43,317 bases of DNA from Cyanobacteria bacterium J06626_4 (GCA_038523235.1 JBCBJQ010000045.1:1-43317); one strand, 5' to 3'. Counted from the stretch's first letter, positions 18,488-28,746 are shown. Numbers and translations: made by a program. The notes: a model not told the origin generated them from the sequence alone.

Positions 18488-18811
18488 ATGGAATCCAACA
18501 GCCTGCTGCGTCAGTTACTGATGATTGGTATCGGCACGACGTCATTAGTGACCGAACGAATTCGCCAGGTGAGCGACGAATGGGTGCGAGAAGGGAGCAT
18601 CAACCCCGAACAAGCCAGTCGCTTTGTGGATGATTTTATGTCTCAGTTTTCGGGTGAGTCGGCAGCGTTTGATGAGCAAGTACAACGCCAGCTGAGAAAT
18701 GTCTTGCAAGATCTAGGGGTGCCCCGCCAGGCTGAAATGGATGAACTGCGCGGCCGCCTTGATCGCCTAGAGCGGCAAGTGCGAGATTTAGAAAACAAGA
18801 TGTGGCGCTAG
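18488..18811 (+). CDS. Phasin-family / PHA-granule-associated-like protein
   Basis: GGAGG RBS before ATG 18488; LLMIGIG..., LGVPRQAEMDELRGRLDRLE coiled coil. Confidence 0.8.
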   Translation: MESNSLLRQLLMIGIGTTSLVTERIRQVSDEWVREGSINPEQASRFVDDFMSQFSGESAAFDEQVQRQLRNVLQDLGVPRQAEMDELRGRLDRLERQVRDLENKMWR

Positions 18812-19127
18812 CGTGAATATCGCTGGGTGCTTTGGACCGTCATCACATCCCTAAAGCCGCATGTTTGTGAGCAGAGTTCACGCCTGCGACCGCCCGGTGC
18901 TTTGCCTGTTATGTGGGCACGACTTTCTACTAAGTCTGTCTCCTCAGTCCCTGCTAATCCCCCAGTTTGACGAGGGGGCACGGCTGCTGAGCAGCCCCCG
19001 TGGCATGAAAATCCTCGATGGATAATGATAACCCGGCTATCTTGGCCTCAAATCTCGGTAGGATGTGGATGATCTATGCCAAGCTCGAATGGCAGCATGG
19101 CTATTGGTGATTTTAGGAGAGGGCGTC

Positions 19128-19706
19128 GTGCGAGATATTCTAATCAGCTTTGCGGTGCTGGCAGCGTTTTGCGTGGTGCTGTTGGTGGCTCAGGTGACTG
19201 GCGGCCAGACCGAGGCGATCGCGGCCAATCTGACTGCACCTGACGCAACGGTCACGGCTGAGACCCAAATTGCTCAGGCCGCTGAAGATTTGACAGCAGA
19301 GGAAGAGACGATGTCGGAGGAGATGTCTGAAGAAATGACTGGTGAAGAAGCCTCTACGGAAGCAACGCTCACAACCACAGAGTCGGGGCTGCAGTACGAA
19401 GATATTGTCGAAGGTACAGGAGCAATGCCTCAGTCGGGTCAGCGAGTCACCGTTCACTACACCGGCACGCTAGAAGATGGCACTAAGTTTGACAGCTCAC
19501 GCGATCGCAACCGCCCCTTTTCATTCACCATTGGCGTTGGCCAGGTGATTAAGGGGTGGGATGAAGGCGTCGCTTCAATGCGGGTCGGTGGACAACGCAA
19601 TCTGATCATTCCCCCTGAATTAGGCTATGGCTCGCGGGGGGCTGGCGGCGTGATTCCACCTGATGCGACGCTGCTGTTTGACGTTGAGCTGCTCCGCATT
19701 GGCTAA
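19128..19706 (+). CDS. FKBP-type peptidyl-prolyl isomerase with N-terminal signal/TM segment
   Basis: [46 protein letters not shown] before GTG 19128. Confidence 0.95.
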   Translation: MRDILISFAVLAAFCVVLLVAQVTGGQTEAIAANLTAPDATVTAETQIAQAAEDLTAEEETMSEEMSEEMTGEEASTEATLTTTESGLQYEDIVEGTGAMPQSGQRVTVHYTGTLEDGTKFDSSRDRNRPFSFTIGVGQVIKGWDEGVASMRVGGQRNLIIPPELGYGSRGAGGVIPPDATLLFDVELLRIG

Positions 19707-19845
19707 TCCTAGTGCTTTGTCAGGCTTGATTTGAGGGGTAAATAACAGGATACTAGAGCGGTTCAGTCATCCCCTAGTCCATGCCTGCGAAGAAGGACAT
19801 CGTCTCTCTGAGTGGCGCAGGACGCCATGAACTGGAACAACTGGT

Positions 19846-20683
19846 GGTAGTTCTAAAGCTGTAAGGATGCGTTGTAGTGGTGAATAAAATACCAAATTGC
19901 GCCAACGTGATTTTCTAGCTTCTTGGAGAAGGACAACGTCTTGCGGACTAATCTCGAAACCCGCTGCCGCAGGGTACAGTTAAACCGTTCAATGTGGTTG
20001 GTTTGACCACTGTCTTTGCCGACGGCCCGATGACGTTTGCTCGGCAGCACCGTTTCGGAAGCTTCCCAAAAGTCGCACTCAGCAGACGGCACACTGACGA
20101 TAAACGGGGGGTAAGGATTGCCAAAGTGCTCTAGCCCCTGCTCGGGAGCGATCGCCGACATGCATCCCCACAATCTCACGGGTATCTCGGTTGATGGCTA
20201 GCCAAATCCATTGCTTGTTCCCTTTGTTGCCGACGAACGACCACGCCTCATCACATTCCACTGTTAAGGGCCCTTTTTTTGAGGGCTTACCCTCACTTGA
20301 CGTTCGACCTGCTGATATTTGATGTTGACGTATGGCTGCAGCCAGACTGCTGAAACCTCGGCCACACGAGCAATCCCAGCTAAGGGAATCTTCTCCAGCA
20401 AGAGCCTGTCAATCAAATGCTTGGTGGCTTCATCGATGATCTTGTTTTGTGGGTCTTGCACAAACTGACGTCCGCAGTTTTTACACTTGTGATTCTGCTT
20501 GCCGTTGTGGATGCGGCCATTTTTGACCACGTTGGAGGAGTGACAGGCTGGACACGTTGGTAATGGAGAGGACATAGACTCGAATCAAGATCAATCTGAT
20601 TCCAGATTCACAGAGTTTTGCTATCGGTGCATCGCCTCTTCGTTGGAAATGCAGCTCCGTATCCTTACCCGTTAGGGACTACC
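19846..20683 (-). mobile_element. IS1-family element (838 bp) with defective transposase
   Basis: TIRs GGTAGTTCTAAAGCTGTAAGGATGCG / (rc) GGTAGTCCCTAACGGGTAAGGATACG; insA zinc ribbon; insB motifs ECDEAWSFVG and TNHIERFN. Confidence 0.9.
19853..20575 (-). pseudogene. IS1 InsAB transposase: insA 20264-20575, A7 slippery site at 20274-20280, insB broken by a stop plus frameshift at about 20075-20081
   Basis: CPAC...CKNC in insA; insB split across two ORFs (...CAVC* / DFWEASETVLP...). Confidence 0.85.
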
Positions 20684-21123
20684 CCCTTCTTTACTCACTG
20701 CACCCCCGCCAACGTCACCGACGACGCGGGCTTGATAGCGATGTTGACACAAAACCTGGACTATTTTCGCGCCAAGCCTGCATATCAGCCCAAAACCACT
20801 CTTTTGCTCGACCATGGTTACCATCCGGAAACGCTGAAGCTTGCACTAGAGAAGGTATATCCGCAGATGATGAGTAAGATTCAATTTGAACTGTCTCCCA
20901 AGCCCTCTAAGGCGGAGAAAGCGGCAGCGGGCAAAACCGGATTTGTCCCGGTCAAGGTCCGCTGGGTGGTGGAGCGTTCCAATGCTTGGATGGAACGGTG
21001 CAAGAGCTTAGTAAAGAACTTTGAGCGCACCATCGACAATGCGACGGCTCAACTGAATTTGTGTTTCATTAGATTGATGCTCAAGCGGCTGGCTGCCGCT
21101 GCTTAGAGATCTCAAATGGGTTC
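20684..21123 (+). mobile_element. IS5-family 3' remnant (C-terminal transposase fragment, stop at 21106, plus right end)
   Basis: LLDHGY and RWVVERSNAWMERCKSLVKNFER motifs; terminus TCTCAAATGGGTTC followed by TA; 5' part missing at the IS1 boundary. Confidence 0.8.
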
Positions 21124-21415
21124 TATAAAGCGTTCGTGCCCGCTGAGGCTAAACGCATCCTCGATAAGTTGGCGTTTCACTACACCCCCACCCATGGCAG
21201 TTGGCTCAACATGGCGGAGATTGAGTTGAGTGTGTTGGCCCGCCAATGCCTCAACCAACGCATCCCAGATTTACAGCAGTTGCAACGTGAGGTGACAGCC
21301 TGGGAGAAACGTCGCAATCGTTTAGGTCGCACGATTGATTGGCGCTTCACCACCGACGATGCCCGGATTAAGCTCAAGCGTCTCTATCCCTCAATACTTT
21401 GTTGACAGAGTATTA

Positions 21416-21519
21416 GTGCAGCGTCAAATTTGAAATTGTAGGTTGCATTTTTCTGTATTGCTTGCCTAGAGATACTTCCAAGAGTCGCCAACCCACAAAT
21501 CTCAAACTTGACAGACCAC
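21416..21519 (+). mobile_element. 104-bp IS630-derived miniature element
   Basis: Left end GTGCAGCGTCAAATTT resembles the left end of IS630-B (GTGCAGTGTCAACTTT); last 29 bp identical to the right end of B; TA on both sides. Confidence 0.8.
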
Positions 21520-21550
21520 TAGTGGTCTGTCAAGTTTGAGATTTGTGGGT
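21491..21550. repeat. Perfect 60-bp palindrome
   Basis: ACCCACAAATCTCAAACTTGACAGACCACT|AGTGGTCTGTCAAGTTTGAGATTTGTGGGT. Confidence 0.95.
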
Positions 21551-22677
21551 AAGGTCGCTTGAGTCGAATCCGGGCATCTGTGGCCGTAAACTGCCAATCG
21601 ACCGACTTTTGCAAGTGATTGCGCTCGATATACCAAGCGGTGGTTTCGCGTTCTAAGGTGTCACGGTCAGGTATGCGGCGCGCTAAGCACTGACGGGTTA
21701 AGGCCGAGAGCTCATTTTCGGCGATATTGAGCCAACTGCCATGTTTGGGGGTGTGGCAGCCAGTTTGTGAGTGTTGAGTTGATCGCACACCAGGATAACC
21801 TTGGCGCAATTCTGATAGTCTTCATCCAGAAGGCGTTGAATTTCCAGTGCCCAATTGATAGCGGTGCGACGCTCCGTGACCACCGCTTTGCGCCGCCCGG
21901 CTAAGGGTTCTGTGAACAAGAAGAGATTGGCGGTCCCCTTGCGCTCATACTCGTAGTCGATAGCGGCGGGTTGTCCGGGGCGGGCTGGTAGCGGCTCGCG
22001 CGTTTCCTGCACCAACTGCACCGGTTGCTCATCCATACAAATCACCGGCAGTGCCGGATCATAAGGGCGATGATAAAGCTCCAAAACTTCTTCCATATGC
22101 ATTACAAACTCAGCGCTTTGCTGAGGCGGAATTACATACCGGCGACACAGATGCGGTTTTAATTCATTTTTTTTCAGCACTTGGCGCACCGTTTCGTGAC
22201 AGATGGTGGAGACAATCTCCTGCTCCACGACTTTGTCCGCCAGCAACCGGAGCGTCCAACGGGCATAACCGTCTGGCGGTTACCCGCAGCGCAGGGCAAT
22301 CAGTTTTGCCTCGGCGTCGCCATCACAGACCGGTTGACGGGAGGGCCGTTGCTGGGACTTGCGCTGCAATGCGGCCTCTAATCCTTGTTCTACAAGCCGT
22401 TGCCGGAGATTGGTAACCGTGTTGCGATGACAACTAAAGGCTAAGGCTGCCTGCTCATCCGTCCATCCGGGGCCATTGATATCGCTCTTCAACAGAATAT
22501 TGGCGTATTTGATCTGATAAGCCGTACTTTTGCCGACCGAAACCAAGTCTTTGAGAGACTGCTGTTCGGCTTCGCTCAGACGGACAATGTAGCGTTTTGG
22601 CATCGTCAACTCACTGCTCCAGCTAGGTAGACAGGTCTATTCTCCTACAACTCACAAAAATAAAGTTGACACTGCAC
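21522..22677 (-). mobile_element. IS630-family element B with pseudogenised transposase
   Basis: TIRs flanked by TA; MPKRYIVRLS..., VICMDEQP, DQLNTH, TPKHGSWLNIAENE; nonsense TAA at 22280-22282 and a frameshifting internal deletion near 21757. Confidence 0.9.
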
Positions 22678-22902
22678 TAGGGTCTCTGAACTCGTGCAGA
22701 AGCTAGCATCCCTGCCTGCTCCGTTACATCGTAAGTCCGATCACCACAGCCCTGATGACTGCCGTAGTCTAAGCATTTAAGAGGTGGAAAACAGCATGGG
22801 ATCACAGCACAATTGACAAGAAATGCACTTTTTACAGATACAAATCAATTGTTTTTTGAATTAGTCGCGATAATCTGAAAGACGTGTCGAGACTGGTGGA
22901 CT

Positions 22903-24630
22903 ATGAATCCGCGATTTCTGGGTTTCTCTGGCTGCACGGCGATCGCTTCGCTCGGTTTCTGGCCTGCAGTGGTTTGGGCGCTACCGGCCATGCCGTCCGG
23001 CACCGACCCCACCCCAGATCACCCGTTGCCCCTGGCCCAAGTTGACCCCAGCCAAGATCGCTTTCCCGAAGAGCCATCGCCACCAGTCCCCTTGCCCACC
23101 GACGATGACGAGACTGAACCGTCCCCCGCCATCCCGGAGCAGCCCTTGCCCCCCGGTGCCGACACGCCCTTTAGCGTGACTGAGGTTGAGGTGGTCGGCA
23201 GCACCATTTTTGATGAGGCCACGCTAGCCGCGATCGTCTCCCCCTACGAAAATCGTGAGGTCACTCTGGCAGAACTCCAGCAGGCCGCCGATGCCATCAC
23301 CCAACTCTATCTGGATGGTGGCTACATCACCTCCCGAGCGATCATCAGCACCCAAACTATCGTCGAGGGGGTCGTCCAAATTGATGTGCTGGAGGGCGAG
23401 CTCGAAGAAATCATCGTAGAAGGCACCGATACGCTGGCCGACTACGTGCGGGTGCGAGTCGCTCAGGGCGGCACGCGCCCACTCAATCAAGCCAATCTAG
23501 AAGATCAGTTACGACTGTTGCGCGTGGACCCCATGTTTGACAGCGTCGAGGCCAGCCTCAGAGCCGGGAGTGCAGTCGGTCAAAGCCAACTCATCGTTCG
23601 CGTCGCCGAGGCTCCCACCGTCGGCGGATCGGTTTTCAGCGACAACTATTCGCCGCCCTCGGTGGGCACCGTCCGGCTCGGGGGCAGCCTCCAGTTTCGC
23701 AATTTGGCCGGGCTCGGTGACACACTATTCGGCTCCGCCACCTGGACCACTACAGCCGGCTCCAAAGTCTATGAACTCGGCTATCGCGTCCCCATCAGCC
23801 CCACTAACGGCACGCTGCTGGTACGACTCACACCGAATGAATTTGAAATCACTGATCCCAACCAGCCCACCTTTGCGTTTGATACAGAGGGGTCCACCGA
23901 TATTTATGAAATCACTGTGCGTCAGCCCCTCATTCGCACGCCGCGAGATGAATTTGCCCTTTCCCTGGGCTATCGCTATCGCGAAGGCTCAACGCTGATT
24001 TCGGGCATCATCACAGATTCCAGCAACACTCAAGTTTTGAGTTTTGGCCAAGACTACGTGCACCGTGACACCAGCGGCGCTTGGGCGTTGCAGTCACAGT
24101 TTCGCCTGGGCGAAGAGAGCGTTGGTGATACCGCTACCAGCAATGGCAGCACGAATGGTTTCTTTTCGTGGATCGGTCAAGTGCAGCGAGTGCAGCGACT
24201 CGGACCAGATAATCTGCTGTTTGTGCAGGGCAGCCTGCAGCTTTCACCAGATTCCTTACCTGGCTCGGAGAAATTCTTTTCGGGCGGCGGGTTATCGGTG
24301 CGGGGCTATGACCAAAATCAACGCTTTGGCGACAATGGTTTCCGATTCTCCATCGAAGATCAAATCGTGATCACGCGCAACGCTGAGGGACTGCCCTTTT
24401 TTCAAATTGCGCCTTACCTCGATGGTGCCTATGTTTGGAACGACAGCGACAGCATTGATGCCACAGACAACAATTTTCTGTTGGGTACCGGGCTGGGATT
24501 TTTGTTGAATATCACTGAAGACTTCAATGCGCGAGCTGATTTTGCCTACCCACTCATCGACATCGAAGAACTCACTACCGATGATCCGCCAGGCCTGCGG
24601 TTTTACTTCAACCTGGGCTTTCAATTTTAA
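22903..24630 (+). CDS. ShlB/FhaC/HecB (TpsB, Omp85-superfamily) outer-membrane transporter
   Basis: Signal peptide, Pro-rich linker, POTRA (ITQLYLDGGYITSRA), beta-barrel with VRGY motif and terminal Phe. Confidence 0.92.
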   Translation: MNPRFLGFSGCTAIASLGFWPAVVWALPAMPSGTDPTPDHPLPLAQVDPSQDRFPEEPSPPVPLPTDDDETEPSPAIPEQPLPPGADTPFSVTEVEVVGSTIFDEATLAAIVSPYENREVTLAELQQAADAITQLYLDGGYITSRAIISTQTIVEGVVQIDVLEGELEEIIVEGTDTLADYVRVRVAQGGTRPLNQANLEDQLRLLRVDPMFDSVEASLRAGSAVGQSQLIVRVAEAPTVGGSVFSDNYSPPSVGTVRLGGSLQFRNLAGLGDTLFGSATWTTTAGSKVYELGYRVPISPTNGTLLVRLTPNEFEITDPNQPTFAFDTEGSTDIYEITVRQPLIRTPRDEFALSLGYRYREGSTLISGIITDSSNTQVLSFGQDYVHRDTSGAWALQSQFRLGEESVGDTATSNGSTNGFFSWIGQVQRVQRLGPDNLLFVQGSLQLSPDSLPGSEKFFSGGGLSVRGYDQNQRFGDNGFRFSIEDQIVITRNAEGLPFFQIAPYLDGAYVWNDSDSIDATDNNFLLGTGLGFLLNITEDFNARADFAYPLIDIEELTTDDPPGLRFYFNLGFQF

Positions 24631-24712
24631 AGGGGCTGAGAAGAGGAAAGCGCGATCGCACTTTCCCCATTCGTGCCTTAGACACCGACTAAGACCTAAC
24701 TACGCGAAGCCT

Positions 24713-24973
24713 CTAAAGGACACCCAGGTTAGAAAGGCCTAAAATTGCCCCTGCACCAATTAGGTGACCTAAGCTAGTCGTCCCCAACACCGCCGGCAAG
24801 CCAAAGCCACCAAACAGATTCGGCGACGGCATGGCTGGCCCTTCATTAGGATATTTGATTGTAAATTTGCCAATGGCGATCGCGAGGACATTGCACACAA
24901 TCATGACGATTGCCACCGTGGGACTCCAGGTTAGCGTATTGGGCACTGCTGCTAGTAGAGAGATATAAGCCAA
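24713..24973 (-). CDS. psaK: Photosystem I subunit PsaK
   Basis: WSPTVAIVMIVCNVLAIAIG...GTTSLGHLIGAGAILGLSNLGVL; TTG start after GAGG. Confidence 0.95.
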   Translation of the reverse strand: MAYISLLAAVPNTLTWSPTVAIVMIVCNVLAIAIGKFTIKYPNEGPAMPSPNLFGGFGLPAVLGTTSLGHLIGAGAILGLSNLGVL

Positions 24974-25324
24974 TTTCGTTTCCTCAGATCAACTATAAGT
25001 TCAGACTCGGGCAGAGGCGCTGCTCTCAGCGGGGCATAATTCGCTTAGGAGGCCACAACCCTAGTCAAGATCTTTGATGACGTGTAAAACCAAATCACAG
25101 CCTCGTTGCAAGACTTTACAGAATCACGACGATCAACCGGCTCTGCGCCCCTAAAGATAGGCTCTACACCAGAGTCAGGCCTCTCAGATAATTGCAGCTT
25201 ATGCGTCTTGTCATGATCAACCCACCGGCAGTGCCGATCTCTGCGATTAGGCAAAACAAAATTGAGGTCAGCTCAAGAAAACCGGTGGCAAGATTTGAGG
25301 CGGTCTGCGAACACATCCTTTAAT

Positions 25325-25509
25325 TAAGGTCAGTTCAGGTTAAACAAACCCCGTTTCTTTCCTCTCTGGAGCGGGGCGAATGGGTAGGTCAAACCACTCT
25401 CAACGGGAGGATCGACACCCACCCCACCTTTGGCAAACCACCCCAGAGAAGATTGTCGCCTCAACCGGCAGGTCAACGTGCCTGACGCCCTGATCTCGAA
25501 CTCAGGTTA
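25325..25509. mobile_element. MITE-like element, copy 2 (185 bp)
   Basis: Ends TAAGGTCAGTTCAGGTTAA / TGATCTCGAACTCAGGTTA; start similar to copy 1 (CAAACCCCGTTTCTTTCC vs CAAAACCCGTTACTTTCC); TTAA at both boundaries. Confidence 0.7.
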
Positions 25510-25889
25510 ATAATGCGGCCAAACCACAACTCGGATCAATCTAGCCAGGTTCTACCAGCCCGAGACAATCTGAACGATGGCCAGGGACGAACTACGAGCA
25601 ATCCGAGCTGACGTCAAAGGCGACACCATCAAACCTTGAGACCACAGCTTAATTGGCTCGTCATCATCGCCGTCGCCTCACAGTTCTCAAGGCTACAATC
25701 ATTTTCGACCAACCCCACGTTGATCGTTAAGCTAGTAACAGGAGTTATTGATTGCCTTACCATCGTTAAGCCAGTCGCCGATATGACACCTGCCAGCCTT
25801 TGCAATCAGCAGACTTGTCCATAGCGGGCTCACTCAAACAATATCTTTGGTGATCGCCCCCCCTTTAATCGCTTTTTAGTTAGACAGTT

Positions 25890-26318
25890 ATGGAACGTGG
25901 ACTACTTTGGCTCCCCTTATTGGGGGTTTTTATCTGGCTGGCCTGGGCCGGTTGGCATGAATATCGCAAGTTAGAAGCCTACAAAATCTGGGCGACAGAC
26001 TTTGAACGGGCTAAATACGATATTTATGCCGCCCTCGGACAGGTGGATGCGCGGCTCGTCTGGGGTCGTCCGACTCGCCAAGGCCCTAAGCAACTACAAG
26101 CAGTCACCCTCGACGCAGTGACGCAGATTGCCCTCCGCACATCGCCTTCGCTACCCGCCACGGCCAGCCTACCGAAGGGATGTGACGTTTGCCTGGAGCT
26201 AACGCTGGAATCCGGCGAGCACCGCTGGATTCCGTTCACGGATGAAGAGCTCGCAGCCGCCTGGCAAAATCGGTTGCAGACCCTGCAAAAGTCGCTACAA
26301 TCAACGCCACAGCCTTAG
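25890..26318 (+). CDS. Conserved hypothetical membrane-anchored protein upstream of ftsQ
   Basis: MERGLLWLPLL...AGWHEYRKLEAY..WA..FERAKYDIYAALG; N-terminal TM segment. Confidence 0.8.
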   Translation: MERGLLWLPLLGVFIWLAWAGWHEYRKLEAYKIWATDFERAKYDIYAALGQVDARLVWGRPTRQGPKQLQAVTLDAVTQIALRTSPSLPATASLPKGCDVCLELTLESGEHRWIPFTDEELAAAWQNRLQTLQKSLQSTPQP

Positions 26319-26385
26319 TACTCCCCGTCTTTCAGTTTCTGAGATTGGTCTATGGCAGTCTCCTTTTCGGTTTGTGCGATCGCCC

Positions 26386-27234
26386 ATGACTGAACTCGTC
26401 ACCCCTTCTCCCGAAGAGCTTTCATATCGCCGCCGAACGCTCAAAAAACAGCGCCGGACGCGCAATTTGCAGCACATTTGGCGAGTCTTTGCCATCGGTG
26501 GCCTAGCCGTTGGGGCGTTCTGGCTCATGCGCAATCCCTTTTGGTTATTGCTACAGAGTAATGATCAGGTCATCCTCAGCGGCAATGACATGCTCGACGA
26601 GGCCGCGATCTATGAACTGCTCGCGCTGGAATATCCTCAACCTTTGTTCGAAATCGAACCCGAGGTGATCGTGCAGCGTCTCAGTACCCAATCACCCATC
26701 GCCGCTGCCCAGGTCGATCGGCAACTCTTCCCCCCCCGCTTAGAGATCACCCTGCAAGAACGACAGCCGGTGGCAGTCACCGTGCCGCTCCAACCGTTAG
26801 CTGATGCCAATGCTGAGCTGACGCCCACCAATCATGCCGGCTTTCTCGATGCGCAAGGCTATTGGATGCCGCAAAATTTTGTGAGCGTGAACCGCGAATT
26901 TGATGCGCCCCAACTGCGGGTTCGTGGCTTTCACTCGAGATATCACTCCCAGTGGCCGCAGCTCTATCAGACTCTACAAACCAGTGAGATTGCCATTACT
27001 GAAGTCGATTGGCGATCGCCCAGCAATCTGATTGTGCAGACCGAGCTAGGTCAAGTTCATTTAGGCGTTTTTAGTCCACAACGGCTAAAGACACAATTGG
27101 CCACGCTGCCCCGATTCCGTTCCCTGACCGACCAAGCCAATTTACCTGCCGTTGACTATATCGATTTAGTCCGCCCTGAAACCCCAGCCGTCAAGCTGGT
27201 CAATCCAGCGGCACCAGCCCCGGACTCACCTTAA
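26386..27234 (+). CDS. ftsQ: Cell division protein FtsQ/DivIB
   Basis: Basic cytoplasmic N-terminus, TM, POTRA (VDRQLFPPRLEITLQERQPVA), YIDL motif; directly upstream of ftsZ; ATG at 26386. Confidence 0.92.
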   Translation: MTELVTPSPEELSYRRRTLKKQRRTRNLQHIWRVFAIGGLAVGAFWLMRNPFWLLLQSNDQVILSGNDMLDEAAIYELLALEYPQPLFEIEPEVIVQRLSTQSPIAAAQVDRQLFPPRLEITLQERQPVAVTVPLQPLADANAELTPTNHAGFLDAQGYWMPQNFVSVNREFDAPQLRVRGFHSRYHSQWPQLYQTLQTSEIAITEVDWRSPSNLIVQTELGQVHLGVFSPQRLKTQLATLPRFRSLTDQANLPAVDYIDLVRPETPAVKLVNPAAPAPDSP

Positions 27235-27465
27235 GAAATGATGAAGTTGACGAGGTTTCCCTGCAATTTTTCTGTAAATGGGGTACTTTTTTAAGCTAGT
27301 TCGAGCAAGTTGCGATCACCGCTATTTTGTCTGCAAGACGCTTCTATATCTGCTGTTTCAGGCAGTCTGCAGTTTGTTTGGTTTTTCCCCCGAAGTACCT
27401 TATAGTTGTCTAAATCGTGCGGGGTACTGCTTGCTCGGAATTAAATCTTGCCTAGGTAGAGCTTA

Positions 27466-28746
27466 ATGTCTTCAAATTCAGCACCGACAAGTTTTGATTC
27501 CGACGACTTCTCGACGAATGGTTCTCATGTTCCCGTTGAGTATGAGTCTTCGTCAGCTAGGGCAAGCGAAGATAATGCTCCATCCGATTCCCCCAGTGTT
27601 CTTAACAATGCTAGTAGTGATCCCAGAGTAGATTCTGGAGAAATGCTCCTAAACGGTGAGACTGTGCCCAGTAATATTGCAAAAATCAAAGTTATCGGTG
27701 TTGGCGGGGGTGGCTGCAACGCGGTCAACCGGATGATTCACAGTGGCCTCTCTGGAATCGAGTTCTGGACAGTCAACACAGACGCCCAAGCGTTACTGAA
27801 TACCGCTACGGAAAATCGCCTACAGATCGGGCAAAAGCTGACTCGCGGGTTAGGCGCGGGTGGCAATCCGGCGATCGGTCAAAAAGCCGCAGAAGAATCT
27901 CGCGACGAGGTGGCTGCCTCACTCGAAGAGTCTGATCTCGTGTTTATTACAGCTGGCATGGGCGGCGGTACCGGCACTGGAGCCGCTCCCGTTGTCGCTG
28001 AGGTCGCCAAAGAGTCTGGAGCCTTGACTGTCGGCGTGGTCACTCGGCCTTTTACCTTCGAAGGACGACGGCGCACCGGTCAAGCCGATGATGGCATTGA
28101 AGCCCTGCAAAGTCGGGTCGATACCCTCATTGTGATTCCCAACGATCGCCTACTGTCGGTCATTTCTGAACAAACTCCCGTACAAGAAGCATTTCAATCG
28201 GCCGACGATGTGCTGCGTCAGGGCGTTCAAGGCATTTCCGACATCATCATGATTCCGGGCTTGGTGAATGTTGACTTCGCCGACGTGCGAGCAGTCATGG
28301 CAGATGCCGGATCAGCTCTGATGGGCATTGGTATTGGCTCTGGCAAATCACGAGCTCGTGAAGCAGCTGTCGCCGCCATTTCTTCCCCCTTGCTAGAATC
28401 CTCGATCGACGGCGCTTCTGGTGCGGTCTTCAACATTACTGGCGGCTCTGATCTCACCCTGCATGAAGTTAATGCTGCGGCCGAAATCATCTATGAAGCC
28501 GTTGACCCCAATGCGAATATTATTTTTGGTGCGGTGATTGATGAGCGGATGCAGGGTGAAGTACAGATTACGGTGATTGCCACCGGCTTTAATCTAGAAT
28601 CCCACGGCGGACAGATTGATGCGACTCGTATTACCCCACTGAAACGCAACAAGCTAAATGTAGCACCCGCTTCTACAGAGACGAATAGCGGTAGTGGCGG
28701 TCTGGATATTCCCGAGTTCTTACAACGTCGTCGCCCCAATCACTAA
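27466..28746 (+). CDS. ftsZ: Cell division protein FtsZ
   Basis: [21 protein letters not shown] tubulin motif, C-terminal LDIPEFL; about 70-aa acidic N-terminal extension. Confidence 0.99.
   Translation: MSSNSAPTSFDSDDFSTNGSHVPVEYESSSARASEDNAPSDSPSVLNNASSDPRVDSGEMLLNGETVPSNIAKIKVIGVGGGGCNAVNRMIHSGLSGIEFWTVNTDAQALLNTATENRLQIGQKLTRGLGAGGNPAIGQKAAEESRDEVAASLEESDLVFITAGMGGGTGTGAAPVVAEVAKESGALTVGVVTRPFTFEGRRRTGQADDGIEALQSRVDTLIVIPNDRLLSVISEQTPVQEAFQSADDVLRQGVQGISDIIMIPGLVNVDFADVRAVMADAGSALMGIGIGSGKSRAREAAVAAISSPLLESSIDGASGAVFNITGGSDLTLHEVNAAAEIIYEAVDPNANIIFGAVIDERMQGEVQITVIATGFNLESHGGQIDATRITPLKRNKLNVAPASTETNSGSGGLDIPEFLQRRRPNH

Larger units (their letters stand above)
19712..21413 (+). mobile_element. 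IS630-family element A (disrupted): 5' end 19712-19845 and 3' end 21124-21413
   Basis: Related TIRs GTGCTTTGTCAG / TTGACAGAGTAT, each flanked by TA; ORF start MPAKKDIVSLS at 19781; C-terminal DDE piece YKAF...HYTPTHGSWLNMAEIE ending at 21405. Confidence 0.8.

Noticed and set aside
19311..19349. [13 protein letters not shown] micro-repeat in the FKBP linker
   Set aside because: Ordinary low-complexity linker expansion
20618..21106. 162-aa ORF as an intact gene
   Set aside because: Chimeric: the first ~22 codons are IS1 terminal DNA read into the truncated IS5 transposase
26386..28746. No ftsA between ftsQ and ftsZ
   Set aside because: Normal for cyanobacteria, which lack FtsA
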